Shown in pieces: positions 1-10,735 of a DNA stretch of 64,000 nt (the stretch's first letter is position 1; every line of letters starts with the position of its first letter). This DNA is from an uncultured SAR86 cluster bacterium (lineage in GTDB: Bacteria > Pseudomonadota > Gammaproteobacteria > Magnimaribacterales > D2472). The DNA is taken from the NCBI GenBank assembly GCA_902632555.1, contig CACPCZ010000005.1:5538-69537 (forward strand). The letters run 5' to 3'. Made by a program: the position numbers and the translations under genes. The notes under the pieces are model-generated. The model had not been told where the DNA came from, made no database searches, and saw only the letters and a program-made list of their open reading frames with translations.

Positions 1-401
1 ATACAGCTACTGCAACTAGAACAGTAAATGTGGTTGATACAACCGCTCCAGTATTTACTTCATCAGCAAGTTTCAGCGCTGATGAAAATCAAACAACTAT
101 TGGAACAGTGACCGCAACTGATTTACAGACAGTTTCGTTCAGTATTTCTGGTAATGAACTATCTATTACTTCAGGTGGTGTTCTTACATTTGTAACTGCT
201 CCAGATTATGAAGTTAAGTCCTCATACACAGCTACAGTAACAGCAACTGATGCAAGTGATAATGCTTCAACTCAAGATATTACTGTAACTGTAAATGATG
301 TTGATGAAGATGACGGCACTGGCACCGGCACTGGCACCGGCACAGGCACTGGCACCGGCACAGGCACAGGCACTGGCACTGGCACTGGCACCGGCACATA
401 A
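1..401 (+). CDS. C-terminal part (5'-truncated) of an Ig-like/cadherin-like repeat surface protein with a terminal Gly-Thr repeat
   Basis: Frame is open from the window start (TATATRTVNVVDTTAPVF, typical Ig-like domain linker). Cadherin-like motifs ADEN, VTATD, APDYE and VTVNDVDE. Ends in (GT)14. Confidence 0.75.
   Translation, partial: TATATRTVNVVDTTAPVFTSSASFSADENQTTIGTVTATDLQTVSFSISGNELSITSGGVLTFVTAPDYEVKSSYTATVTATDASDNASTQDITVTVNDVDEDDGTGTGTGTGTGTGTGTGTGTGTGTGTGT
315..398 (+). repeat. In-frame tandem repeat (GGCACN)x14 encoding (Gly-Thr)14
   Basis: Directly visible: ggcact/ggcacc/ggcaca units spanning 84 nt immediately before the TAA stop. Confidence 0.97.
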
Positions 402-406
402 ATTTA

Positions 407-685
407 ATGGCATTAACTAAGAGCGATATTGCTCAGAATATTGCTAAAAGTACTGATATTTCTAAACAAGATTCAAAGTTGTTATTAGAGAATTTCATAG
501 AACAAATAAAATTTAATCTAAAAAATAAGATTTCAGTTAAGATTTCTAATTTTGGAACATTTGAAGTAAAAAAAACTCCTTCAAGGATAGGCAGAAATCC
601 TAAAACCAAAGAAGAGCATATGATTTCAGCAAGAAATAGAATTACACTAAATGCTTCAAAAAACATTAAAGATTTTTTAAATTAG
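407..685 (+). CDS. ihfA: Integration host factor alpha / HU family DNA-binding protein
   Basis: MALTKSDIA N-terminus, ISNFGTFEV and RIGRNPKT motifs, 92 aa. Alpha versus HU assignment is less certain than the family. Confidence 0.75.
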   Translation: MALTKSDIAQNIAKSTDISKQDSKLLLENFIEQIKFNLKNKISVKISNFGTFEVKKTPSRIGRNPKTKEEHMISARNRITLNASKNIKDFLN

Positions 686-686
686 T

Positions 687-763
687 TGGTCGGGATGGCC
701 GGATTTGAACCGACGACCACTACACCCCCAGTGTAGTGCGCTACCAGACTGCGCTACATCCCG
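687..763 (-). tRNA. tRNA-Pro (anticodon GGG)
   Basis: Reverse complement is CGGGATGTAGCGCAGTCTGGTAGCGCACTACACTGGGGGTGTAGTGGTCGTCGGTTCAAATCCGGCCATCCCGACCA. It has an acceptor stem, D-loop, anticodon stem CTACA/TGTAG with GGG, GGTTCAAATCC T-arm and encoded CCA. Confidence 0.97.
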
Positions 764-818
764 AAATAATATATAATTATCGTCCACAACTACTAAAAAA
801 AATATAAATTTTTGTAAA

Positions 819-2603
819 ATGAAATACTTTTTAAATTTTCTATTATTCTGTTTTGCATTTTCTTTGTATGCATCTGAAAACACTATAACTACATCTTCAG
901 GAAAAGTATCTGCACAGAATAAAAAAGGAGTTTTATTTTTTGAAGACATACCTTATGCAGAACCACCAGTTGGGTATTTAAGATGGAAAGCTCCAAGGGA
1001 AATCAAACCAAACGAAACATACATAAAACCTAAAAAAGATAATTATTGTGTTCAAAGGCCGTCAAACCTAGGCGGTATTGATAGCGATGGATATTTTGTT
1101 GGTACAGAGGACTGTCTTTATTTAGATATTCATAAACCAAAAAAACATGAAGGCAAGTTACCTGTAATGTTTTGGATTCATGGAGGGGGCAATACCTCAG
1201 GTTATAAAGATATTTATGATTTTTCAAAAATGGTGAAAAAACATGATGTTATTGTAGTCAGGATTAACTATAGACTTGGGCCTTTTGGCTGGTTTTATCA
1301 TCCTGCTATACAAGGTCTTCAAGATGGGATCGATAAAACTTCTAATTTTGGAACACTTGACATAATAAGCGCACTAAAATGGGTAAACAAAAATATTGAA
1401 CTTTTTGGAGGTGATCCAGAGAATATAACTATATTTGGTGAGTCCGCAGGAGGGCACAATGTTTTATCTTTGATAGTATCTGAAAAAGCAAATGGGCTTT
1501 TTCATAAGGCTATATCTATGTCGGGTTACACCACAACAATAAATCAAGAAAAATCATATAAGCAAGAGCAAAGGTCTTCTACTTCAGATTACTCCAGCTG
1601 GAATGTTGTTAATAAGATTTTAGATGATATTAATCAACCTAAGATTCAAGAAAGTTTTTCTGAAAACGAGCTAAGAGATATTTTACTAACTCTTTCAACC
1701 AAGGATTTCTTTAAACATTACTCTGATAGAGAGCCTTATCAGGAATTACCGCTATTGCAATCAGATGGAATTGTGGTTCCTAGACAGGGTCTCAGAAAAG
1801 CACTCTCCAATCCGAAATACGTCAAAGATATACCGATTATTGCTGGCTCAACAAAAGATGAAGTAAAGCTATGGCTTGCATCTGCAAGATATTTTGTTGA
1901 TCTTGATTACTCAATATTAGGGACTGTCTTTCGAATACCAAAAGTAATTCTCAAAGATGAAGATGCATTTAGCGCTTTCAACTATTATAGAAGCTCTGCA
2001 TGGAAAATCAGAGGAGTAGACTATCCCCTTCAATCAATTGCTAAAACTGGCAATAATAACCTCTATGCATATAGATATGATTGGGACGACCACAGAAAGT
2101 TCTTAATTGCAGACTTTAAAAAACTAATAGGTGCAGCTCATGCAACTGAAATTCCTCTTTTGGCAGGGGATTATAAACTTGTTGGAGGTTATCCACTTTC
2201 AGATCTTATATATCCACCTTCTGTATCTAAAAGATATACTTCTAAAAATCTAATGAAATTTTGGACAAATTTTGCTAAAAATGGTGTGCCAGGAGAATCA
2301 ACAAACTCTATTAAATGGGAGCCTTACGATATAAACAAAATTAGAAATGGAAAATTTTTAGTTATCGATAAAAAGAAAGATTTAAAAATGTCATATGATA
2401 CCAATACATTTGAAAGTCTTATCGATGATTTATATTTAGATATAAGACTTGATGAACTTGAAAAGTGTGTTGTTTTACTTCAAATGCTTACATTCGTTGG
2501 AAACGATTTATACGATGAAAAATCACAGGAATACAAAGGGCAATGTGACAGAAAAGCCTCTGAAAAGTTTTTAATTGATAACGCAAGTTTTATTGAGTAC
2601 TGA
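819..2603 (+). CDS. Secreted type-B carboxylesterase/lipase
   Basis: Signal peptide, EDCLYLDI, WIHGGG oxyanion hole, GESAG nucleophile elbow and AHATE His. Confidence 0.9.
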   Translation: MKYFLNFLLFCFAFSLYASENTITTSSGKVSAQNKKGVLFFEDIPYAEPPVGYLRWKAPREIKPNETYIKPKKDNYCVQRPSNLGGIDSDGYFVGTEDCLYLDIHKPKKHEGKLPVMFWIHGGGNTSGYKDIYDFSKMVKKHDVIVVRINYRLGPFGWFYHPAIQGLQDGIDKTSNFGTLDIISALKWVNKNIELFGGDPENITIFGESAGGHNVLSLIVSEKANGLFHKAISMSGYTTTINQEKSYKQEQRSSTSDYSSWNVVNKILDDINQPKIQESFSENELRDILLTLSTKDFFKHYSDREPYQELPLLQSDGIVVPRQGLRKALSNPKYVKDIPIIAGSTKDEVKLWLASARYFVDLDYSILGTVFRIPKVILKDEDAFSAFNYYRSSAWKIRGVDYPLQSIAKTGNNNLYAYRYDWDDHRKFLIADFKKLIGAAHATEIPLLAGDYKLVGGYPLSDLIYPPSVSKRYTSKNLMKFWTNFAKNGVPGESTNSIKWEPYDINKIRNGKFLVIDKKKDLKMSYDTNTFESLIDDLYLDIRLDELEKCVVLLQMLTFVGNDLYDEKSQEYKGQCDRKASEKFLIDNASFIEY

Positions 2604-2605
2604 GA

Positions 2606-3049
2606 TTAAATATTTTTTGCTTTATCTTTAAGTTTTAAAACCTCGACATCCTTAATTTTAATAAGATCAGCTACTCTTCTGATAAGCCTCTCTTCTTCAA
2701 TGTCCAATTTGCTGTCAGCGTAAGCAACATCCCACATAAATCTCAACAATTCAATTTTTCTTTCCTTTGTGTATTCTTTATTAATGTCTTCTATAAAATC
2801 ATGAAAAGAAACACTATTTTTACTATAACTCTCAATAATATTGAGAATATCTGACTTATCTTTATTTGTTTGCTCTGCGATAGACACTAACTCTTGCATT
2901 AAAATTTCTAATTCCTCTTTATTTATTTCGCCATCAATCCTTGCAATTTCATAGGCTAATACCGCTGCAGTGAGCTCAAAATCATAGGACACAGGCTCTT
3001 TTTTTATATTTTCAGAACTCTTTTTTTTAAAAAAATTAAATATTTTCAT
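2606..3049 (-). CDS. TerB family (tellurite resistance-like) protein
   Basis: IARIDGEINKEE and VAYADSKLDIEEERLIRRVADL repeats typical of the TerB fold. Confidence 0.8.
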   Translation of the reverse strand: MKIFNFFKKKSSENIKKEPVSYDFELTAAVLAYEIARIDGEINKEELEILMQELVSIAEQTNKDKSDILNIIESYSKNSVSFHDFIEDINKEYTKERKIELLRFMWDVAYADSKLDIEEERLIRRVADLIKIKDVEVLKLKDKAKNI

Positions 3050-4097
3050 CGATAGTTGAGGGTTTTACGTAAAAGTGAAAAATTAAATAATATGATATCG
3101 AAAACAATATAAATAAGTAAAAAGAAATATATTCTTTAAAGTTTGTATCTAGATAGATAGCAAACATGCTTAAAAAGGATGTAAATATTATTATTATTAA
3201 TAATGAAGACTCAGGAGAGAATCTAATCATTAATTTATGATGAATATGATCTCTGCCAGGTGCTGCCCAGCTGATTCCTCTTAAAGTTCTTGAAATTATA
3301 AGTCCAATACAATCAAGCAGAGGAACTGCAATAAACCATACCATTGACATTGGACTTACATTGTAAGAAACATTTTGAGAAGTATAAATAGCGACCCATG
3401 CTACAATAAAACCTAAAATATTTGCTCCACTGTCACCTAAGAAAACAGCTCTTTTTTTACCAAATATCCTTAAATTATAGACAAGAAAACCTAAGATTGA
3501 GCCAATAACTAGTATCAGCATTGAGTCATAGATAAATCCAGAGTGAAATCCAGAGAACAGCAACATAGATAATGCCGATCCAGCACATAAACCATTAATA
3601 CCATCGATCATATTAAAGGCATTCATTACACCTACAACACAAAATACTGTTACAGGTATAGAAAGCGAACCTAGCTCCATTCCTCCAAATCCTAATAGAT
3701 TTCCAAAGTTATTTATTTGAACTCCAGTTACATAAATTATTATTAGAGTTGCTAATATTTGAAATAGCAGCCTATATAAATATCTCACTCCAATGAGATC
3801 ATCTAACAAAAAAAATATTAATAAGCCAAGAGATGCAAACATAATAGTTTCGGAAAACAAAGGTATGTAACCATTGAGATCATTAAGATCAATATAAATT
3901 TTCGCAGAAATCATTATTGATATAAAAATTCCTAAACCACCTGATAATGGAGTAGGTCTTTTATGAAACTTTCTGCTTTTATCTGGTAGATCAATTAGTA
4001 TGTTATTTTTTTTTGCTATATTTCTTAGTAGGCCATTTATAGCAACTGATACGAGAACAGAAAGAAGCAGTATTGATAAAACTAAATCATTTGTCAT
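3036..4097 (-). CDS. wecA: WecA/MraY family polyprenyl-phosphate HexNAc-1-phosphate transferase
   Basis: Multi-pass membrane protein with RKFH..PTP.SGG, LDD, NAFNMIDGINGL, FLGDSGA and DHIHH motifs. Confidence 0.85.
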   Translation of the reverse strand: MTNDLVLSILLLSVLVSVAINGLLRNIAKKNNILIDLPDKSRKFHKRPTPLSGGLGIFISIMISAKIYIDLNDLNGYIPLFSETIMFASLGLLIFFLLDDLIGVRYLYRLLFQILATLIIIYVTGVQINNFGNLLGFGGMELGSLSIPVTVFCVVGVMNAFNMIDGINGLCAGSALSMLLFSGFHSGFIYDSMLILVIGSILGFLVYNLRIFGKKRAVFLGDSGANILGFIVAWVAIYTSQNVSYNVSPMSMVWFIAVPLLDCIGLIISRTLRGISWAAPGRDHIHHKLMIRFSPESSLLIIIIFTSFLSMFAIYLDTNFKEYISFYLFILFSISYYLIFHFYVKPSTIDENI

Positions 4098-4155
4098 AAA
4101 TTAATTTATAATTAATGTATTCAAATTATAAAACATTAAAACATACTTAGTTATT

Positions 4156-5316
4156 ATGATTAAAATAAATACATTACTACTTTGGACTCTTATATTAAGT
4201 TTTTTACCAAATCCAATAGAATCAAATGAGAATAATAATGATTCAGTTTATGAACCCGGCATTCAGGATCTTAATTTGCCACCTGGTTTTAAGATAGACA
4301 TATTTGCAGATGGCCTAAATACACCAAGACAAATTACTGAAACTATGGACGGTCATATTGTTGTTGGATCAAAAAAAGGAGACAAAATTATTGCGCTTAT
4401 TAATAGCAATGAAGATGGTAAATTTGATGAAAAAATTATTTTAGCAGAAGGGCTTCAAAATCCTACCGGAGTATCTTTTTTCAATGGAGATTTATATTTT
4501 GCTGAAATTGATACGATTTGGATTATCAAAGATATTGATAAGTGGCTAGGATCAGATAAAAAATCTAAACCAACTAAATCGATATACATGAATAATCTTC
4601 CTTCAAATACCTGGCATGGATTCAAATATATAGATTTTGGTCCTGATGGAAATTTATATATACCTGTTGGAGTCCCTTGCAATATTTGTATTGAACCTCA
4701 GACAGAAGATCCTAGATTTGCAGCCATTCATAAATTTGCTGATGGAGAATTAATTACAGTTGCCGATGGCGTTAGAAATAGTGTAGGTTTTGATTGGCAT
4801 CCTATAACAAAAAAAATGTATTTTTCTGATAATGGAAGAGATTGGCTAGGGGATGATACTCCATCGTGCGAATTGAATGTTATCAACGAAGAGGGAAGTT
4901 TTTATGGTTATCCATACAAGCACGCAATGAACGTTATTGATCCAGAATTTGGACATCTCATTCCAAAAGTCGACAAAGAATTTATTGATCCTATTGCAGA
5001 ATTGGGTCCTCATGTTGCTCCTCTTGGCGTTACTTTTTACGATAGTAACAAATTCCCAAGTAAATATAGAAATAGTATTTTTGTTGCACTTCATGGATCA
5101 TGGAATAAATATAATGGTAAGTCTGGATACAAAGTGGTGTTTGTCAAACTAGATGATAACGGAGACTATTTATATCAAGAAGATTTTATTACTGGTTGGC
5201 TGTCTGATGAAAATGCTTGGGGAAGACCTGTTTCGCCATTTGTTATGAGTGATGGCTCTATGTTAGTTTCTGATGACAAATATGATGTAATCTACAGAAT
5301 TAAATACGAAGGTTAA
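4156..5316 (+). CDS. Secreted PQQ-dependent sugar/sorbosone dehydrogenase family beta-propeller protein
   Basis: Signal peptide, FGPDG.LY.PVG.PCN.C, GVRNSVGFDWHP, DNGRD.LGD, HVAPLG, HGSWN and WGRP motifs. Confidence 0.85.
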   Translation: MIKINTLLLWTLILSFLPNPIESNENNNDSVYEPGIQDLNLPPGFKIDIFADGLNTPRQITETMDGHIVVGSKKGDKIIALINSNEDGKFDEKIILAEGLQNPTGVSFFNGDLYFAEIDTIWIIKDIDKWLGSDKKSKPTKSIYMNNLPSNTWHGFKYIDFGPDGNLYIPVGVPCNICIEPQTEDPRFAAIHKFADGELITVADGVRNSVGFDWHPITKKMYFSDNGRDWLGDDTPSCELNVINEEGSFYGYPYKHAMNVIDPEFGHLIPKVDKEFIDPIAELGPHVAPLGVTFYDSNKFPSKYRNSIFVALHGSWNKYNGKSGYKVVFVKLDDNGDYLYQEDFITGWLSDENAWGRPVSPFVMSDGSMLVSDDKYDVIYRIKYEG

Positions 5317-5319
5317 AGT

Positions 5320-6072
5320 TTGGATAAAAACTTTTCAAGAGAAATTGCTTTAGCCAAAAAGGCTGCATTTGCTGCTGGGAAGCTTTTAAGTGAAAATAAA
5401 GCTGAACTAAATACAACCTCATCAAGTGATCCCAGAGATACTAAACTTAAAGCAGACGTATCTTCAGAGAATTTAATCAAAAAAATTATTAAACAAGATT
5501 CAACTTATGAGATCCTTGCCGAGGAAAGTGGGAAATCGTCAAATAATTTGGGGGATACATTCTGGGTTATAGATCCTCTTGATGGGACTGCAAATTACAA
5601 TAGAAATATTCCAATATGTTGTATATCCATTGGTATGGTTGAGGCGCTCAAGCCTGTCTTTGGTGTTATATATGACTTTAATAATAATGAAATCTATGTT
5701 GGTGATAACTCAAATAGCAGTGCAACATTAAACGATTTTCCAATAAGCGTTTCTAATGTAGACCAAAAGAATAAAGGAATCATAGTTACAGGGTTACCAT
5801 TTAAAACCGACTACTCTGATGTCGCAATGAATAAGCTTATATCCGATATGCAAACATGGAAAAAAACTCGTATGATCGGCTCTGCAGCAATGGCATCCTG
5901 TTATATTGCTTCTGGAAAAGCAGAAATGTACAAAGAAAATGGAATATTTTTATGGGATATAGTTGCTGGGGCTGCAATTGTGGAGGCAGCAGGAGGATCA
6001 GCAGAAATAATTAATATGAGAGATAATTTCCAAGTTGACGTAATTTTTTCTAATAAAAAAATAAGGGACTAA
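5320..6072 (+). CDS. Inositol monophosphatase family protein
   Basis: AEE, WVIDPLDGTANY and WDIVAG motifs. TTG start. Confidence 0.9.
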   Translation: MDKNFSREIALAKKAAFAAGKLLSENKAELNTTSSSDPRDTKLKADVSSENLIKKIIKQDSTYEILAEESGKSSNNLGDTFWVIDPLDGTANYNRNIPICCISIGMVEALKPVFGVIYDFNNNEIYVGDNSNSSATLNDFPISVSNVDQKNKGIIVTGLPFKTDYSDVAMNKLISDMQTWKKTRMIGSAAMASCYIASGKAEMYKENGIFLWDIVAGAAIVEAAGGSAEIINMRDNFQVDVIFSNKKIRD

Positions 6073-6075
6073 AAA

Positions 6076-7494
6076 ATGAAAAGCTTAGTTTGGTTTAGAA
6101 CCGATCTGCGTATTGATGACAATCCTGCTCTTCGAGAAGCATGTAAATTATCAGACGAAGTTCATGCTGTTTATATTTATTCAGAGAAGCAAAATAAAGA
6201 GCATAGTGAAGCGAATTGCAAAATAGAATTTATTATTAATAACCTTAAGCTTTTACAAAAATCCTTAGATGAACTCAATATTCCACTCACTATATTTGAT
6301 TCAGAGGGATTTCATGACAATCCAAAAATTTTGCTCGAATATGTTGAAAATCATTCTATAAATAATGTTTACCTTAATAATCAGTTTGGAGCAGATGAGG
6401 AGCAAAGAGATAAAAGAGTTGGAGAACGCTTAAAAGCTAATAGAATTAATGTACATACATTTGATGAAAAAGTAGTATTTGCACCTGGAAGCATTCTTAC
6501 TGGTGATGGAAGGCCTTATTCTGTATTTACACCTTTTAAAAGAAGATGGATTGAAAACTTTAATTTAGATCTGCTTGATATAGAGTTTTCTTACACTAAA
6601 AAGAAATCATCCAACTTAAACTCTAATATCTCTGAGTTTAATTTTAATTTCAAAAAATCACATAATGTAGATATGAGTCATTGGCCAGCTGGTGAGAAGG
6701 AAGCACTTTTAAGATTAAATACATATTTGGGTAAAGAAATTTTTAGATATGCTCAAGATAGGAATGATCCTATTATTGATGGAACTAGCAGACTCTCAGC
6801 ATATTTAGCTTCAGGAATTATTTCTCCAAAAAGGTGCATTCTGGAGGCTTTAAAAATTAATAATTTTCAATTAGATTCAGGAGAAAAAGGAGTCGTAAAA
6901 TGGATTGATGAGATAATCTGGCGTGAATTTTATAAAAATATCATGTTTTCCTTCCCAAGAGTTGGCAAAAACAAACCTTTTCAAGAATATACAAACAATA
7001 TTAGATGGCGTTATGAAGATAAAGAATTTCAAGCCTGGAAGGATGGCAAAACTGGATTCCCTATTATTGATTCAGCAATGAAACAATTGCAAACTGAGGG
7101 TTGGATGCACAATAGATTAAGAATGGTTGTAGCAATGTTCTTCACAAAAAACATGCTTCATGATTGGAGGCTAGGTGAAGCTTTCTTTATGGAAAACTTA
7201 ATCGATGGGGATTTTTCTTCAAATAATGGTGGGTGGCAGTGGAGTAGCTCTACTGGAACAGATGCTGCTCCGTACTTTAGGATCTTTAATCCCCTTACAC
7301 AATCTAAAAATTTTGATTCAAATGGCTTATTCATAAAAAAACACATAATAGAATTATCTGATGTCGATAAAAGTGAAATTCATGATCCAAGTGAAAACAC
7401 AAGAAAAATTTGTAATTATCCCTCACAGATTTTAGATCTCAAGCAATCAAGACTGAGAGCAATAGAGGCATTTAATCAAGCTAAAAATAATTAA
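6076..7494 (+). CDS. phrB: Deoxyribodipyrimidine photolyase (class I CPD photolyase)
   Basis: WFRTDLRIDDNPAL, TSRLSAYL, WREFY, GWMHNRLRM, NNGGWQW and DAAPYFRIFNP motifs. Confidence 0.93.
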   Translation: MKSLVWFRTDLRIDDNPALREACKLSDEVHAVYIYSEKQNKEHSEANCKIEFIINNLKLLQKSLDELNIPLTIFDSEGFHDNPKILLEYVENHSINNVYLNNQFGADEEQRDKRVGERLKANRINVHTFDEKVVFAPGSILTGDGRPYSVFTPFKRRWIENFNLDLLDIEFSYTKKKSSNLNSNISEFNFNFKKSHNVDMSHWPAGEKEALLRLNTYLGKEIFRYAQDRNDPIIDGTSRLSAYLASGIISPKRCILEALKINNFQLDSGEKGVVKWIDEIIWREFYKNIMFSFPRVGKNKPFQEYTNNIRWRYEDKEFQAWKDGKTGFPIIDSAMKQLQTEGWMHNRLRMVVAMFFTKNMLHDWRLGEAFFMENLIDGDFSSNNGGWQWSSSTGTDAAPYFRIFNPLTQSKNFDSNGLFIKKHIIELSDVDKSEIHDPSENTRKICNYPSQILDLKQSRLRAIEAFNQAKNN

Positions 7495-7562
7495 ATTTTT
7501 CTAGTTAAGAATATTCCACTTATGTATACTAAAGTTTCAATTTTAGGGGAATAATTTTTGAC

Positions 7563-9242
7563 ATGAGTAAGTATCCGAGTGACTTAGAGATTGCAAATTC
7601 TGCCACCAAAAAATCAATAGGTGATATAGCGAAATTATTAGAAATTGATAAAGGAGATTTGATTAAATATGGTGATGATAAGGCAAAGCTTTCATCAGAC
7701 TTAATTAACAGAGTATCAAATAAAGAAGATGGAAAGCTGATATTGGTGACTGCAATTTCTCCAACGCCTGCTGGTGAAGGCAAAACAACAACAAGTGTGG
7801 GGTTGGTTGATGGCCTATGTCATAATGGTAAGAAAGCAATGATATGTCTAAGGGAGCCCAGTCTTGGTCCATGTTTTGGAATGAAGGGCGGTGCAGCTGG
7901 CGGTGGCTATGCGCAAGTAATTCCAATGACTGATATCAACCTCCATTTTACGGGAGATTTTCATGCTATAGGAGCAGCACATAATTTATTATCTGCACTT
8001 ATAGATAACCATATCCATTGGGAAAATGAATTGAATATAGATCCAAGGCGAATAACTTGGAAACGAGTTGTCGATATGAACGATAGGTCTTTAAGAGATA
8101 TAACATGTGGTCTCGGTGGGACTGGAAATGGTATTCCAAGACAAAGTGGATTTGATATAACAGTAGCCTCTGAAATTATGGCTGTATTTTGTTTGGCATC
8201 AGATATTGACGATCTTCAAAAAAGAATCGGAAATATAGTTATTGGTTATACAAGAAATAATGAACCTGTCAGAGCAAAAGAACTTCAAGCTGACGGCGCA
8301 ATTACAGCTCTATTAAAAGATGCATTTAAACCGAATTTAGTTCAAACGCTAGAAAATAATCCTGCATTTATGCATGGGGGTCCATTTGCTAATATTGCTC
8401 ATGGGTGTAACTCAGTAATTTCAACAAAAACCGCATTAAAATTATCTGACTATGTAGTAACTGAGGCAGGTTTTGGTGCAGACCTTGGCGCTGAGAAATT
8501 CTTTGATATTAAATGCAGAAAATCTGGGCTAAAACCAGATGTTGTCGTTTTAGTTGCAACAACAAAAGCACTTAAGATGCATGGAGGGATGCAGAAAAAT
8601 GAACTAGATACAGAAAATATTCAGGCATTAATAAAAGGATGTGAAAATCTTGGTAAGCATGTTGAAAACATATCAAAATTTGGAGTACCGGTCATTGTGG
8701 CAATTAATGATTATGTAACTGATACCAAGGAGGAACATAAGCAAATCATTGGATTTTGCAGAAATATTGGTGTTCAATGCAAAATTTCCTCACACTGGGA
8801 ACATGGTGGAGAAGGCGCAAAAGAATTGGCTGAAGAGGTTGCAAAGATTGCTGATTCAAATATATCAGAGTTTAAAACTTTATATTCTAATGAAATGTCT
8901 CTATGGGACAAAACTGAACAAATTGCAAAGAGTATATATGGTGCATCTGGAATAATTGCAGATAAAAAAGTTAGAAATCAATTTGCAAAATTAGAAAAAG
9001 ACGGCTTTGGTGAATATCCGATCTGTATTGCTAAAACACAGTATAGTTTCTCTACAGATCCTTTACTAATGGGAGCTCCAAAGGGTCATGAAGTGCCAAT
9101 TAGAGAAGTAAGACTTGCAGCAGGTGCAGAATTTATCGTTGTTGTCTGTGGTGAGATAATGACAATGCCTGGACTTCCTAGGATACCTGCAGCTGAAGCA
9201 ATCGGATTAGATGAGAATAAAGAAATAAAGGGTCTTTTCTGA
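7563..9242 (+). CDS. fhs: Formate--tetrahydrofolate ligase
   Basis: [41 protein letters not shown] and MTMPGLP motifs. Confidence 0.97.
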   Translation: MSKYPSDLEIANSATKKSIGDIAKLLEIDKGDLIKYGDDKAKLSSDLINRVSNKEDGKLILVTAISPTPAGEGKTTTSVGLVDGLCHNGKKAMICLREPSLGPCFGMKGGAAGGGYAQVIPMTDINLHFTGDFHAIGAAHNLLSALIDNHIHWENELNIDPRRITWKRVVDMNDRSLRDITCGLGGTGNGIPRQSGFDITVASEIMAVFCLASDIDDLQKRIGNIVIGYTRNNEPVRAKELQADGAITALLKDAFKPNLVQTLENNPAFMHGGPFANIAHGCNSVISTKTALKLSDYVVTEAGFGADLGAEKFFDIKCRKSGLKPDVVVLVATTKALKMHGGMQKNELDTENIQALIKGCENLGKHVENISKFGVPVIVAINDYVTDTKEEHKQIIGFCRNIGVQCKISSHWEHGGEGAKELAEEVAKIADSNISEFKTLYSNEMSLWDKTEQIAKSIYGASGIIADKKVRNQFAKLEKDGFGEYPICIAKTQYSFSTDPLLMGAPKGHEVPIREVRLAAGAEFIVVVCGEIMTMPGLPRIPAAEAIGLDENKEIKGLF

Positions 9243-9310
9243 TTAAAACTTTCTAGTTCATTTATAAGTATTTAGTTATAATTTTTATATCTTAATTGAT
9301 GGAGTAAAGT

Positions 9311-10735
9311 ATGAGCAATGATTTAAATTTTTATATTGATGGTGAATGGGTTCAACCAAATTCTAATGAACTTATCGATGTAATAAATCCTGCAAATGAA
9401 GAAGTTATTGGACAGATAACAGCAGGAACAAAAGAAGATATTGATATGGCAGCAAATGCTGCAAGTGAAGCATTTAAGACATTTTCAAAAACAACTCAGC
9501 AAGAAAGAGTTGAACTATTACAAAACATTATCAAAGAATATGAAAATAGATATAAAGATTTTGTAGAAGTTATTACTAAAGAAATGGGTGCTCCAGTATG
9601 GTTGTCTGAAAGAGCCCAGGCTAATACTGGATTAATAAATTTTAAAGAAACATTAGAAGCTCTTCAGGCTTATGAGTTTGAAAAGGAAGAGGGTGGATAT
9701 ACTCTTCGAAAGGAACCAATCGGAGTTATTGGAATGATTACTCCATGGAATTGGCCAATGAATCAGATTACCACAAAAGTTTCTGCAGCAATTGCTACAG
9801 GCTGTACCATGATCTTGAAACCGAGCGAAATATCTCCATACTGCTCCATGTTACTTGCAGAGGTTATGCATGATGCAGGTGTGCCCAAAGGGGTTTTTAA
9901 TTTAGTAAATGGTTATGGGCCAATAGTTGGCGCAGCCCTATCAGAACATGAAAAAATTGATATGATGTCATTTACCGGATCAACAAGGGCTGGAATAGCT
10001 GTTGCACAAGCATCTGCAGTCACTGTAAAGAGAGTTCAGCAAGAATTAGGCGGTAAATCAGCAAATATTATCTTAGATGATGTTGCTGATCTTGAAAAAT
10101 CAGTTAAAGGTGGTGCCGGACATTGTTTCCTAAATTCTGGCCAATCATGCAATGCACCGACAAGAATGTTGGTATCAACAAATAATTATGAAAAGGCCGT
10201 TGAGGTTGCTGCTGCTACAGCAGAATCAACAACTGTTGGTGATCCTAATGGAGAATTTAGGCTAGGACCAATATCAAACAAAACTCAGTATGAAAAAGTG
10301 ATAAAAATGATTGAGATTGGTATTGAGGAGGGTGCTAGGTTAGTTGCAGGAGGCGTTGAAAAACCTGAAGGTTATGAGAAGGGCTATTATGTTAAGCCAA
10401 CAGTTTTTGCAGATGTTACTAATGATATGACCATTGCAAAAGAAGAAATATTTGGACCAGTGTTATGCGTTATGAAATATGAAACTGAAGAAGAAGCAAT
10501 TCAGATAGCCAATGATACTGAGTATGGTCTAGCTGGCTATGTGCAAGGAGAGTTGTCGCATGCCATAGAAGTTGGTAATCAAATCAGAGCAGGACAGATA
10601 ACTATTAACGGGGGTGCCAGAGGCAATGCAGCACCATTTGGAGGCTATAAAGCTTCAGGAAATGGAAGAGAACATGGAAGACACGGAATAGAAGAGTGTC
10701 TTGAAACTAAGGCTGTTATTGTACCTGCAAGCTAG
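9311..10735 (+). CDS. Aldehyde dehydrogenase family protein
   Basis: ITPWNWP, FTGSTRAG, QELGGKS, SGQSCNAP and EEIFGPV motifs. Confidence 0.93.
   Translation: MSNDLNFYIDGEWVQPNSNELIDVINPANEEVIGQITAGTKEDIDMAANAASEAFKTFSKTTQQERVELLQNIIKEYENRYKDFVEVITKEMGAPVWLSERAQANTGLINFKETLEALQAYEFEKEEGGYTLRKEPIGVIGMITPWNWPMNQITTKVSAAIATGCTMILKPSEISPYCSMLLAEVMHDAGVPKGVFNLVNGYGPIVGAALSEHEKIDMMSFTGSTRAGIAVAQASAVTVKRVQQELGGKSANIILDDVADLEKSVKGGAGHCFLNSGQSCNAPTRMLVSTNNYEKAVEVAAATAESTTVGDPNGEFRLGPISNKTQYEKVIKMIEIGIEEGARLVAGGVEKPEGYEKGYYVKPTVFADVTNDMTIAKEEIFGPVLCVMKYETEEEAIQIANDTEYGLAGYVQGELSHAIEVGNQIRAGQITINGGARGNAAPFGGYKASGNGREHGRHGIEECLETKAVIVPAS

Noticed and set aside
315-398. Repeat considered as a CRISPR array or phase-variation tract
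   Set aside because: It has a 6-nt unit with no spacers, stays in frame, and there are no cas genes.
677-949. 90-aa minus-strand ORF
   Set aside because: It reads through the tRNA-Pro and is antisense to the esterase start, so it is spurious.
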